NCBI GenBank assembly: GCA_030040775.1
Contig: JASHTB010000122.1
Span: forward strand, 1 to 46,072
Reading direction: 5' to 3'
Source: Thermoplasmata archaeon
GTDB lineage: Archaea > Thermoplasmatota > Thermoplasmata > Lutacidiplasmatales > UBA184
DNA length: 46,072 nucleotides
The position numbers and the translations under genes are program-made. Shown piece after piece: positions 9,410 through 17,269 of this stretch (its first letter is position 1; each line of letters starts with the position of its first letter). A model generated the notes under the pieces. The model did not search any database. It saw nothing but the letters and a program-made list of their open reading frames with translations, and was not told the DNA's origin.

Positions 9410-9724
9410 GTGCTAGGCCAGCAGGATTGCCGTTCGGACGGACCCCGCGGTGACCCCGGGTGCTCCTCAGCCCCGTCACCCCGCCAGCGTCGACGGGTCA
9501 CGGTAAGGCTGCTCCCGTCAGGACCTGACCCGTTGTCCGTGATGGATAACCGCTAGAGCGCTCCTCCGAGCGCCCGTCGCGGTGCCCGCGGCCCAGCGGA
9601 ACAGAGCGTCGACGGAACACCTCGAGACGTGGAATCCGCCCGAACGTCGCTCCTGCCTGTCACCCCCGCTAAGGACGGTTTCGGTGTGTAAGGGGACGCC
9701 CAACCCCCCGGTCTAGCCTAGCGT
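9410..9724 (-). ncRNA. ffs: Archaeal signal recognition particle (7S) RNA
   Basis: Minus strand begins GCUAGGCUAGACCGGGGGGUUGGGCGUCCCCUUACACACCGAAACCG (archaeal Alu domain); helix 6 GGGCGCUC-GGAG-GAGCGCUC; helix 8 GGUCAGGUCC-UGAC-GGGAGCAGCC; 3' GGCCUAGC pairs with the 5' end (helix 1); ~315 nt. Confidence 0.93.
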
Positions 9725-9814
9725 ACCGAAGACGACAGGACTGCTACATAGCCCTTCGTCTTTCGGGTGGAATATTCCCCCGGGCCGGCTTCCGCCGTCC
9801 GGGTCGCGTCCTGC

Positions 9815-10438
9815 TCACCGTCGCCCCCGGCCCTTCAGCCGTCCTGGAGGGCGGGCGCTCGCACGCCTCTTCGGAACGCTCACCCCGAGGTGCCCCAAGA
9901 GGCGGTGGTACTCGGTTCGGGTGACCCAGAAGACCCTGAGGTACTGTCGGAGATAGCCATCGGGAACGCCAAGCCGACGGGCCTCTCGAAGCGAGAACGC
10001 GTACCCTTCGATCTCCGTCGGTCGGTCGACGTACGGAACGGCGAGCCCGGGCCAGAGCTCGCGCCCGTCCTTTCGCTGGAGGATGTGGAGGAACTCGTGA
10101 AGGACGTCGAGATATACGTCGAGGACAGGGCTCTCCGTCAGGTGAGCGCGGGCGACGACGATCTCCTCCTCGGGGCTGGTGATCATCTCGAAGCCCGCCG
10201 CCCGGATCTCGGCGGGGACGGTTCGCGGGGCGAGGTACATGTAGCCCCGGCCGTCGTAGATCCGTGCGAAGCTCGTCCGGGCGACCTCCCGGTTGGTTTC
10301 GAGCACTCCCGGGTAGTCGCGGAAGGGAGGCACGTCGGTGAGCCCCCCGAACACGTCGAGCAAGGGATACTTTCCCGCGGGCTTCTCGCGGTCGAGCCGG
10401 AACGCGTCGGGGACCGGAAATCGGCCTCGACCTTCCAT
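9815..10438 (-). CDS. Hypothetical protein with HExxH zincin-like motif (putative metallopeptidase)
   Basis: LHEFLHILQ followed ~20 aa later by TEIEGY (candidate third ligand). Start set at ATG 10438 to avoid overlap with the YciI gene. Confidence 0.65.
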   Translation of the reverse strand: MEGRGRFPVPDAFRLDREKPAGKYPLLDVFGGLTDVPPFRDYPGVLETNREVARTSFARIYDGRGYMYLAPRTVPAEIRAAGFEMITSPEEEIVVARAHLTESPVLDVYLDVLHEFLHILQRKDGRELWPGLAVPYVDRPTEIEGYAFSLREARRLGVPDGYLRQYLRVFWVTRTEYHRLLGHLGVSVPKRRASARPPGRLKGRGRR

Positions 10439-10485
10439 CGCCCTCGGCCCCGAAACCTCCCTCCGGCGCGGTCGTCCGTCGCCCG

Positions 10486-10833
10486 TCAGACCTCGGCCGT
10501 CGAGCGAGGGAAGACGGCGGGCGAGAACCTGACGGCCCCGGCCGGGACCGTCCAGGAGAAGCACCGGTAGGTCAGTTGGCCGGCCTGCACGAGCGGGTCG
10601 GCCTCGGCGAACCGCTCTACCTCCTCCGGGCTCTCCCGGAAGATCGCGAGGCCCCGGGTCGCCGGGTCGGGCCCGCCGACGAACGGCCCGGCGGCGAGCA
10701 GGTGACCGTCCTCGTGCAGCTTGGCAAGGTGGGCGAGGTGCGCGTCCTGGAGCCGGTCCGCCTCGGGTCCCTCCGCGAAAGGAGCCTCCCGTCGCCGCAC
10801 GAGCAGGCCTACCGTGAACTCCTCGAAGCGCAT
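10486..10833 (-). CDS. YciI-family protein
   Basis: AHLAHLAKLHEDGHLLAAGPF...GLAIF...DPLVQAG pattern. Confidence 0.85.
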   Translation of the reverse strand: MRFEEFTVGLLVRRREAPFAEGPEADRLQDAHLAHLAKLHEDGHLLAAGPFVGGPDPATRGLAIFRESPEEVERFAEADPLVQAGQLTYRCFSWTVPAGAVRFSPAVFPRSTAEV

Positions 10834-10916
10834 GCGCGCGCCGAGCCCCCGCCCTCTCAAAATGATTCTCCTGTTCCCGCGACCGCCGGGGGCCTGTCGG
10901 CCGACTCGTCCACGGG

Positions 10917-13187
10917 CTAACGGATGTGCTCGAGGCTGAACGAGCCGAGGTTGAACGCGCGCTTGCTGAACGTGTATCCGACCCAGGCCCGGGCCTGCGC
11001 CTCGCCGAGGCCCCTGACCGCGAGGAACGTCTTCATCTGCTCGACCTTGAGGTTGAGCGACCCGTCGACCATGTGCTCGAGCGTCTCGAGGTCCGACTCC
11101 GAGTGCATCCCGCTTTCCAGGACGTAGTAGCCCACGGCCCCGTCGAGCTTGCGGCGACCGATGAACGGCTGAAGGAACCGGAACGAAGAGGCGGTGTCGA
11201 GCATCGCGGTGACGGTCGAGACCGACTCGAAGATGAGCCGATACGTCGGGAACTTCTCCTTGAGCTCCTCGCCGAAACCGGTGACGGTCTGGGCGAGCTG
11301 GTCGAGCACCCCCTTGTCGCTCGGCGAGAGCAGGCGGACGATCGGGCTCGACTGGGCCACCCCGACCTGGCGCGAGTAGAGGTCGACGTAGCGGACCATC
11401 GCCTTCTTCTCCGCCTCGGGAAAGCCGGGATACAGGGCCGCGAGGTCGTCCCGGACCTGCTGGTAGGTCTTGTCGGTCACGACCCAGATCGACGGGATCC
11501 CGGTCCGGAGCCCCTCGATGGAGAAGAGCCGGGCGAGCGTGTCCTTTCCGGTGTGGGACGGGCCGTTCAGGAGGACCTGGCTCCCGGGCGAAAACCCTCC
11601 GTACAGGAGGTCGTCCAGGCGCCGGATGCCACTCTTCACCTTCACCTCGGCCCCGGTCGCGGTCGCCTCCTCGCGCGCCTGGTGTGCCTCGGCCGCTCCC
11701 TCGCCGGCCGCGCTCATCGCTTCGAGGTCCGCGAGACGGGTCGCGATCTGGCTCTCGCGCGCTCGGAGCTCCGCCTCCTTCTGGGCGAGCTCGCGACGCA
11801 GCTCGTAGAGCCGACGCGTCTCGTCGGTCGCGATGCTCGTCCCGGTCGTCGCGACCTCGCGCCGGACCTCCTCGAGTCGGCGGGCCTCGATGTCGAGGGC
11901 CTGGCGCCGGGTCCCGAGCTGCTGCTCGGACTGGGCGAGGTCGCGCTCACGGACCTCGATCGGGCCCCGGCGGCGCTCGAGCTCCTCGGCGCTCAGACGG
12001 ATCTCCTCGAACCGGGAGCGAAGCTCGTTCTCGCGGGAGATGAGGTCCTTCTCCCGCTGGCTGACCTCGTCGAGCCGGCGGGTGAGCTCCTCGGCCAGCG
12101 GGGCGCGCTGCTGGGTGAGGAGCGCCTCGCGTTCCTTCGCGCGCTCCACTTCCCCGGCGAGGCTCCGCATGTCTCCCTCGAGCTGGACGATCCGACGGCG
12201 CAGTTCCGTCTCCCGCTCGACGTACTCGGCCTCGCGCCCCGTGAACTCCTCGCGCAGATGCTGCTCGAGCTCGCGCTGGGTCCTCTCGACGTCCTCGGAC
12301 CGGGACGTCGCCCGCTCCGCGCCGTTCGCCCCCGACGCACCGCCGGACCCCGGCGCCGACCGGGGCGCCCCCACCCCCTCGAGAGCGAGCATGCGGAGCT
12401 TGAGCTCGGCGATCTCATCCTCCTTGGCGCGGAGCGCGACCTCGCGCTCCTTGGCCTCCCGGGACCGGACGTACTTGATGACGGCGATCGAGCCACGCTT
12501 CACGTGCTCGACCTCGTCCTCGAGCGTCTTGCGCTTCGTGCGCTCGTCGTAGAGCTGCCGGTGGAGGTCCTGAACCTCCTGGATCATCGACGACGGGTCG
12601 AACTGGTCGGTCTTCACCCGGTCGAGGAGACCGGTGAGCCACCGAACGACGGTCTCCTCCCGCTCGAGGATCGGGGCGGGGGTGCCCTCTCCGGCCGGCC
12701 GGACGGCCGGCCCGGCCTCTGCGGAGACCGGAGCGGACGGCACGACCGGAGCCGTGGAGGCCGGCTCGCTAGAACGGATCCAATCCTCCATCGCGTGGTC
12801 GTCCCCTTCGACCCATTTCCTCAGCACGTCGGCCGACTCCTTCGGCGCGGCCGGCAGTTTGCGTCGCCGCGAGCGCTCCGGGCGACGGACCGTCCCGACC
12901 CATCGCTCGACGATGCGGTCGGAGTCGACGGTCGCTTCGGGCGCGGCCGCCTCGCCCGCCGAGGGCGTGACGCGATGAATCCGGGCGACCTCCTCGGCCG
13001 GGATCCCGGCGCGGTCGAGGTCGGCCGCCGAAGCCTCCCGGGCCGACTCGGGCGAGGTCAGGCCGGCTCCGAGCAGCCGTTCGGCCGTGTCGGGCCGCAC
13101 CCCGAGCGCGCGCGCGAGGTCGTCCGCGGTCCAGGAGTTCTGGGACCCCGGCCGGGCCGAAGAAGCGCCTGAGGTCGATCCGTCCAT
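10917..13187 (-). CDS. KaiC/RAD55-like RecA-fold ATPase with N-terminal HhH and long coiled coil
   Basis: N-terminal LGVRPDTAERLLGAGL (HhH-like); ~300 aa E/R/L-rich heptad region; C-terminal SGIRRLDDLLYGG, GPSHTGKD, LEHMVDG, LAVRG. Confidence 0.85.
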   Translation of the reverse strand: MDGSTSGASSARPGSQNSWTADDLARALGVRPDTAERLLGAGLTSPESAREASAADLDRAGIPAEEVARIHRVTPSAGEAAAPEATVDSDRIVERWVGTVRRPERSRRRKLPAAPKESADVLRKWVEGDDHAMEDWIRSSEPASTAPVVPSAPVSAEAGPAVRPAGEGTPAPILEREETVVRWLTGLLDRVKTDQFDPSSMIQEVQDLHRQLYDERTKRKTLEDEVEHVKRGSIAVIKYVRSREAKEREVALRAKEDEIAELKLRMLALEGVGAPRSAPGSGGASGANGAERATSRSEDVERTQRELEQHLREEFTGREAEYVERETELRRRIVQLEGDMRSLAGEVERAKEREALLTQQRAPLAEELTRRLDEVSQREKDLISRENELRSRFEEIRLSAEELERRRGPIEVRERDLAQSEQQLGTRRQALDIEARRLEEVRREVATTGTSIATDETRRLYELRRELAQKEAELRARESQIATRLADLEAMSAAGEGAAEAHQAREEATATGAEVKVKSGIRRLDDLLYGGFSPGSQVLLNGPSHTGKDTLARLFSIEGLRTGIPSIWVVTDKTYQQVRDDLAALYPGFPEAEKKAMVRYVDLYSRQVGVAQSSPIVRLLSPSDKGVLDQLAQTVTGFGEELKEKFPTYRLIFESVSTVTAMLDTASSFRFLQPFIGRRKLDGAVGYYVLESGMHSESDLETLEHMVDGSLNLKVEQMKTFLAVRGLGEAQARAWVGYTFSKRAFNLGSFSLEHIR

Positions 13188-13307
13188 AGGGAGGGGGTGG
13201 TACTAGCGGCGCGAGGGGTCTTAAGCGCTGGGTCGGGGGCGCGCGCTCCCTCGGCCCCTCTCGGGCAGCCCGGGCGTGCGATAAATAGCGCGGGCCCTCA
13301 CCGGGCC

Positions 13308-14369
13308 GTGGACGTCGCGGAGCGGGTCGCCCGAGTCACGCGGAACACCGAGGAGGTCGTCACCCTCGAAGAGCTCTCGGCCCTCTTCGCCCGCGAGAGC
13401 CGGCCCCGATCGTACATCGGGTTCGAGCCGTCCGGTCCGTTCACGGTCGCTCACCTGATCACGATCCGCAAGGTCCTCGACCTCGTGGACGCCGGGTGCG
13501 ACGTCACGGTGTTCCTGGCCGACTGGCACGCGTGGATCAACGACAAGCTCGGCGGCGACCTCGAGCGGATCCGGGCCGCGGGCCGCACCATGCAGGCGAC
13601 GTTCGAGGCGTACGGAGCCGGCCCCGAGCGCGTCCGGTTCCGATGGGCCCACGAGCTCGTCGCGTCGTCCGACTACTGGGCTCGGGTCGTCCGGGTCGCG
13701 AAGGCGACGAGCCTCGCCCGCAGCAAGCGGGCGATGTCGATCATGGGCCGGGGCGAGGAGGAGGTGAACCTCGACACCTCGCGCCTGTTCTACCCGGCGA
13801 TGCAGGCGGCCGACATCTTCGAGCTCCCGGTCGACCTCGCCTACGGCGGCATGGACCAGCGGCGCGCCCACGTGCTGGCGCGGGAGGTGGCCCACCACTA
13901 CGGCTGGCCGGTGCCGACCGCCATCCACACCCCGCTGCTCTCCTCTCTCACCGGAGGCGGCCGGATGGACCCGGTGGAAGGTCGACTGGAAGGCAAGATG
14001 TCGAAGTCGGACCCCCGCTCGGCGATCCCGATCCCGTCCTCGAGCGAGGAGGTCGCCGCGCGGATCGCCCGGGCGTTCTGCCCGGCGAAGCAGCTCGAGG
14101 GAAACCCGGTGATCGAGGCGGTCCAGTACATCGTCTTTCCGTGGGAGGGTCGGCTCTTGGTCGAGCGGGCCGCAAAGCACGGCGGACCGCTCGCGCTCTC
14201 CGACCCCGCGACGTTCACGAAGGCTTGGACGAAAGGGGAGCTCCATCCGCAGGACCTGAAGGAGGCGGTCACCGCCTCCCTCGACCGACTCCTCGAGCCG
14301 GCGCGGCGGTACTTCCGTGCGCATCCGGAGCTCTCGCCCGCCCCTGCGGACCCTCCCCGGACCTCGTGA
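13308..14369 (+). CDS. tyrS: Tyrosyl-tRNA synthetase (archaeal type)
   Basis: YIGFEPSG, FLADWHAWINDK, YPAMQAAD, GGMDQRRAH, KMSKS, AFCP. GTG start ~25 nt after ATAAATA (13281-13287). Confidence 0.95.
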   Translation: MDVAERVARVTRNTEEVVTLEELSALFARESRPRSYIGFEPSGPFTVAHLITIRKVLDLVDAGCDVTVFLADWHAWINDKLGGDLERIRAAGRTMQATFEAYGAGPERVRFRWAHELVASSDYWARVVRVAKATSLARSKRAMSIMGRGEEEVNLDTSRLFYPAMQAADIFELPVDLAYGGMDQRRAHVLAREVAHHYGWPVPTAIHTPLLSSLTGGGRMDPVEGRLEGKMSKSDPRSAIPIPSSSEEVAARIARAFCPAKQLEGNPVIEAVQYIVFPWEGRLLVERAAKHGGPLALSDPATFTKAWTKGELHPQDLKEAVTASLDRLLEPARRYFRAHPELSPAPADPPRTS

Positions 14370-14392
14370 GAACGGCTTGGCGCGCCGGCATC

Positions 14393-14400
14393 CTTAAGTA
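14393..14400 (+). promoter_or_regulatory. TATA-like box of the rpl7ae operon
   Basis: CTTAAGTA AT island in GC-rich DNA, ~25-30 nt upstream of the structured 5' UTR. Confidence 0.6.
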
Positions 14401-14424
14401 TCTCGCGCCTTCCGACCGGCCCCA

Positions 14425-14466
14425 CCCGTGAGCCGAGGACCCCCGCGGGGTTCCGCTGACGCGAGG
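14425..14466 (+). promoter_or_regulatory. Double kink-turn in the rpl7ae 5' UTR (L7Ae autoregulatory element)
   Basis: Two 3-nt bulges (CGU 14427-29; GCU 14455-57), each followed by GA and opposed by GA (14463-64; 14435-36). Closed by the GGACCCC/GGGGUUCC hairpin and CC/GG. Covers the SD-like GAGG (14463-66). Confidence 0.75.
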
Positions 14467-14470
14467 AACC

Positions 14471-14842
14471 ATGGCGCGACCGATTTACGTACGGTTTGAG
14501 ACCCCGAGTGACGTTGCCGACAAGGCCCTGCAGCTCGTGCAGGTCGCGAGCGAGACCGGGAAGGTGCGCGTCGGCACGAACGAAGTGACGAAGTCGAGCG
14601 AGCGTGCTGAAGCCAAGCTCGTCGTGATGGCCGAGGACGTCGACCCGGTCGAGATCCTCGTCCACATCCCGATGCTCTGCGAGGAGAAGCGGATCCCCTA
14701 CCTCTATGTCCCGAAGAAGCAGCGGCTGGGACAGTCGGCCGGCCTCACGAAGTCGGCGGCCAGCGTGGCGGTCGTGGAGCCCGGCGAGGCGAAGGGCCTC
14801 CTGGACGAGCTCACGAGCACCTTTCCCACGCTGAAGAAGTAG
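14471..14842 (+). CDS. rpl7ae: 50S ribosomal protein L7Ae
   Basis: GTNEVTK, AEDVDPVEILVHIPMLCEEK.IPY. Confidence 0.98.
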   Translation: MARPIYVRFETPSDVADKALQLVQVASETGKVRVGTNEVTKSSERAEAKLVVMAEDVDPVEILVHIPMLCEEKRIPYLYVPKKQRLGQSAGLTKSAASVAVVEPGEAKGLLDELTSTFPTLKK

Positions 14843-14875
14843 GTCGTCCGGCGGCGGAACGGTCGAGGTCGCACG

Positions 14876-15088
14876 ATGCCGGAGGAGAAAGGTTCGCCGG
14901 CCGAGGTCGTCGAGCTGGTCGGCCGGACCGGGATGGCCGGCGAGGCGACCCAGGTGAAGGTCCGGGTCCTCGCCGGGCGCGACCGGGGCAAGATCATCAC
15001 GCGGAACGTGGCAGGCCCGATCCGTCTCGGAGACGTCCTCATCCTGCGGGAGACGGCGCGCGAGGCCCGGAAGCTGTCGGTCCGCTAG
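14876..15088 (+). CDS. rps28e: 30S ribosomal protein S28e
   Basis: [17 protein letters not shown]...[23 protein letters not shown]. Confidence 0.98.
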   Translation: MPEEKGSPAEVVELVGRTGMAGEATQVKVRVLAGRDRGKIITRNVAGPIRLGDVLILRETAREARKLSVR

Positions 15089-15100
15089 GGGCGCGCACCG

Positions 15101-15586
15101 ATGGTCGTCAAGCGTCAGTGCTCGTTCTGCGCGGCCGAGATCGAGCCGGGGACCGGCACGATGTTCGTCAAGCGGGACGGGACCGTCTTCCACTTCTGCT
15201 CCTCTTCCTGCCGCAAGCAGCAGCTCGAGCTCGGGCGCGTCGGCCACCGGTTCAAGTGGACCCGCGCGCACGCGCTCAAGATCGCGGCGGACCGCTCCTC
15301 CGCGGAGAGGCCCTCTGTCGCCGCCGCGCCCCGAGGACCGACGACCGCGAAGCAGCCGGCGCGCGCCCACGCTCCGTCGCGGGCCGGGGCGGCCGCCGGG
15401 GCGAAGGAGGCCACCGGGACGAAGGCGGCTGCCTCCGCCGAGGTAGCCGCGCCCGCTGCGACGCCTCCCTCTGAGCCGGCCGGACCTCCGGCCGAGGCTC
15501 CTGCTCCTTCGGAGGAGAAGCCGAAGCCGCGCGCCCGAACCCGGAAGAAAACGGCAAAGCCTCCTGAGAAGGCCGACAAGGAGTAG
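15101..15586 (+). CDS. rpl24e: 50S ribosomal protein L24e with long low-complexity C-terminal tail
   Basis: CSFC..IEPGTG.MFVKRDG.VFHFCSSSC...KWT zinc finger, followed by ~95 aa rich in Ala/Pro/Lys. Confidence 0.96.
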   Translation: MVVKRQCSFCAAEIEPGTGTMFVKRDGTVFHFCSSSCRKQQLELGRVGHRFKWTRAHALKIAADRSSAERPSVAAAPRGPTTAKQPARAHAPSRAGAAAGAKEATGTKAAASAEVAAPAATPPSEPAGPPAEAPAPSEEKPKPRARTRKKTAKPPEKADKE

Positions 15587-15666
15587 CGGCTACCATCGCC
15601 GGCCCATCCTCCAGCGTGCGCGTCCACGAGAATCGGTAAACCTTCCCGCGGCCGGTTTCGGCCTCG

Positions 15667-15939
15667 ATGGCCGCGGACGACCGCTGGACCTCTCCCTCCG
15701 AGCTCGCGGACTATGCCTACTGCCCCCGGTCGCACTGGTACGGTAGGCGCCCACCGCCCGGGGGACCGAGCGGCGGGTCGACCGAACGCAGCCGGGCGGG
15801 GCTCCGATACCATCGACGGGTGCTGACCGCGGAACGCCACCGTTCGGAGCGGGGGACGGCCTATTGGGCCGGGGTCGTCGTGGGCGCGGTCCTCGTGCTC
15901 GTCGGGTTCGTATGGGTCCTTTCGTACTTTCGCTCCTAG
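15667..15939 (+). CDS. Cas4-like N-terminal fragment with C-terminal transmembrane helix
   Basis: SPSELADYAYCPRSHWY (first Fe-S Cys motif of Cas4/AddB), G...H helix (AGLRYH), then YWAGVVVGAVLVLVGFVWVL. Confidence 0.75.
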   Translation: MAADDRWTSPSELADYAYCPRSHWYGRRPPPGGPSGGSTERSRAGLRYHRRVLTAERHRSERGTAYWAGVVVGAVLVLVGFVWVLSYFRS

Positions 15940-16445
15940 GGTCCCCGCTGGGGGGAGTCGTCCTCCTCCTCGTGGGACTCTTCCTCGCCGGATGGGGCGC
16001 TCGTGCCCTCTCCGACCGCCGCCGGGACGGTCGGCTCGGGAAGCTCGTCGCGGTCGATGCCGGGTCCCCCGTCCTCCTGCGGTCGGACCGTTACCGCCTC
16101 CAGGGCCGTCCGGACGTCCTGCGCCGAACCTCCGACGGGACCGTGGTCCCGGTGGAGGTCAAGAGCCGCCGAAGCCCGCGGGGTGGGCCGAGCTATTCCC
16201 ACCTCGTCCAGGTGTGGGCGTACTGTCTGCTCGTCGAGGAAACGACCGGGCGCACCCCGCCGTTCGGCATCCTTCGCTACGCGGACGGAGAGTTCCGGGT
16301 CCGGTGGGACGACCCGGCCCGCAAGGAGCTCCTTGCGCTCCGCGAGGAGGTCGCCCGGCCGTACGACGGGCGCGCAAACCCGTCGCCCGAACGCTGTGCG
16401 CGGTGTCGGTGGGTCGAGGTCTGTGACGTCCGGGCCCGAGGCTAG
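15912..16445 (+). CDS. cas4: Cas4-like PD-(D/E)xK nuclease, C-terminal part, with N-terminal transmembrane helix
   Basis: TM segment LGGVVLLLVGLFLAGWGA, then LQGRPD (motif II), VEVK (motif III), QVWAY (QxxxY) and CARCRWVEVC (CxxC-x5-C). No cas1 or array in the window. Confidence 0.85.
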   Translation: MGPFVLSLLGSPLGGVVLLLVGLFLAGWGARALSDRRRDGRLGKLVAVDAGSPVLLRSDRYRLQGRPDVLRRTSDGTVVPVEVKSRRSPRGGPSYSHLVQVWAYCLLVEETTGRTPPFGILRYADGEFRVRWDDPARKELLALREEVARPYDGRANPSPERCARCRWVEVCDVRARG

Positions 16446-16453
16446 ACCCGGAA

Positions 16454-17257
16454 CTACCGAAGGCGGCTGAAGTACACGTCGGTACGGTACGCTAGCCGGA
16501 TCGTGCGGCGGCCCCGCGTGACGGGGTCGGTGGCGAGGAGCCGGCGCACCTTCTCCGAGACCGCCCGCCGCTCGGCGGCGGGAAGCACCGCGATCGTGCT
16601 CACCGAGAGGGTGCGCTCGACGAACATCGACGGGGTCCCCTCCTGGAAGTGACGGAAGGCTCGGTGCTCGAGCGGCCGGAATCCCGTCCCTTTCTCCGAA
16701 AACGCCCGGGCTAGCACGACGCGCCGGTACCGGCGTCCGGTCGCCTCGCGCCAGACGGGAGCTCCCCCGCGCTCGGCCGCGACGATCTCGGAGAGGCGTC
16801 GGGACCACCCGACCGACTCGTCGCGGGTGTTCCAGACGAGGCCGAGACCACCCCCGGGACGCAGCACGCGCCGGATCTCGCGCAGGGCCGGTCGGGGGCG
16901 GAACCAGTGGAACGCCTGAGCGCAGACGACCGCGTCCGCAAACCCCCTCGGGAGCGGGATCCGCTCGGCGGTCCCGTCGAGCACGGGCACGTCGGGGACC
17001 GTTCGCTCGAAGACGCGACGCATGCCGGCCATCGGCTCGACCGCGATGCGCGCCGCTCCGAGGGGCGCGAGCGCTCGCGTGAACTTCCCGGTCCCCGCGC
17101 CCAGGTCGACCACGGTCCGGCCCGGGCCGATTCTGAGCGCGCGACCGAGGCATCGGACGGCCTCGGCCGGATAGTCCGGGCGTCCTCGCTCGTACGTCTC
17201 CGCGGCCCGGTCAAATCCACGGGCGATCGGATGGGTCCGGGCCCGGCGCAAGGGCAT
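16454..17257 (-). CDS. Class I SAM-dependent methyltransferase
   Basis: YERGRPDYP, VVDLGAGTGKFT, AVEP, AQAFHWF, RVLRPGG. Confidence 0.92.
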   Translation of the reverse strand: MPLRRARTHPIARGFDRAAETYERGRPDYPAEAVRCLGRALRIGPGRTVVDLGAGTGKFTRALAPLGAARIAVEPMAGMRRVFERTVPDVPVLDGTAERIPLPRGFADAVVCAQAFHWFRPRPALREIRRVLRPGGGLGLVWNTRDESVGWSRRLSEIVAAERGGAPVWREATGRRYRRVVLARAFSEKGTGFRPLEHRAFRHFQEGTPSMFVERTLSVSTIAVLPAAERRAVSEKVRRLLATDPVTRGRRTIRLAYRTDVYFSRLR

Positions 17258-17269
17258 GGCCGCTCGGGC

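Noticed and set aside
9518..9703. 61-aa ORF on the minus strand
   Set aside because: Lies entirely inside the SRP RNA gene.
15587..16460. CRISPR-Cas locus suggested by cas4
   Set aside because: No repeat-spacer array, cas1, cas2 or effector genes were seen anywhere in the window.
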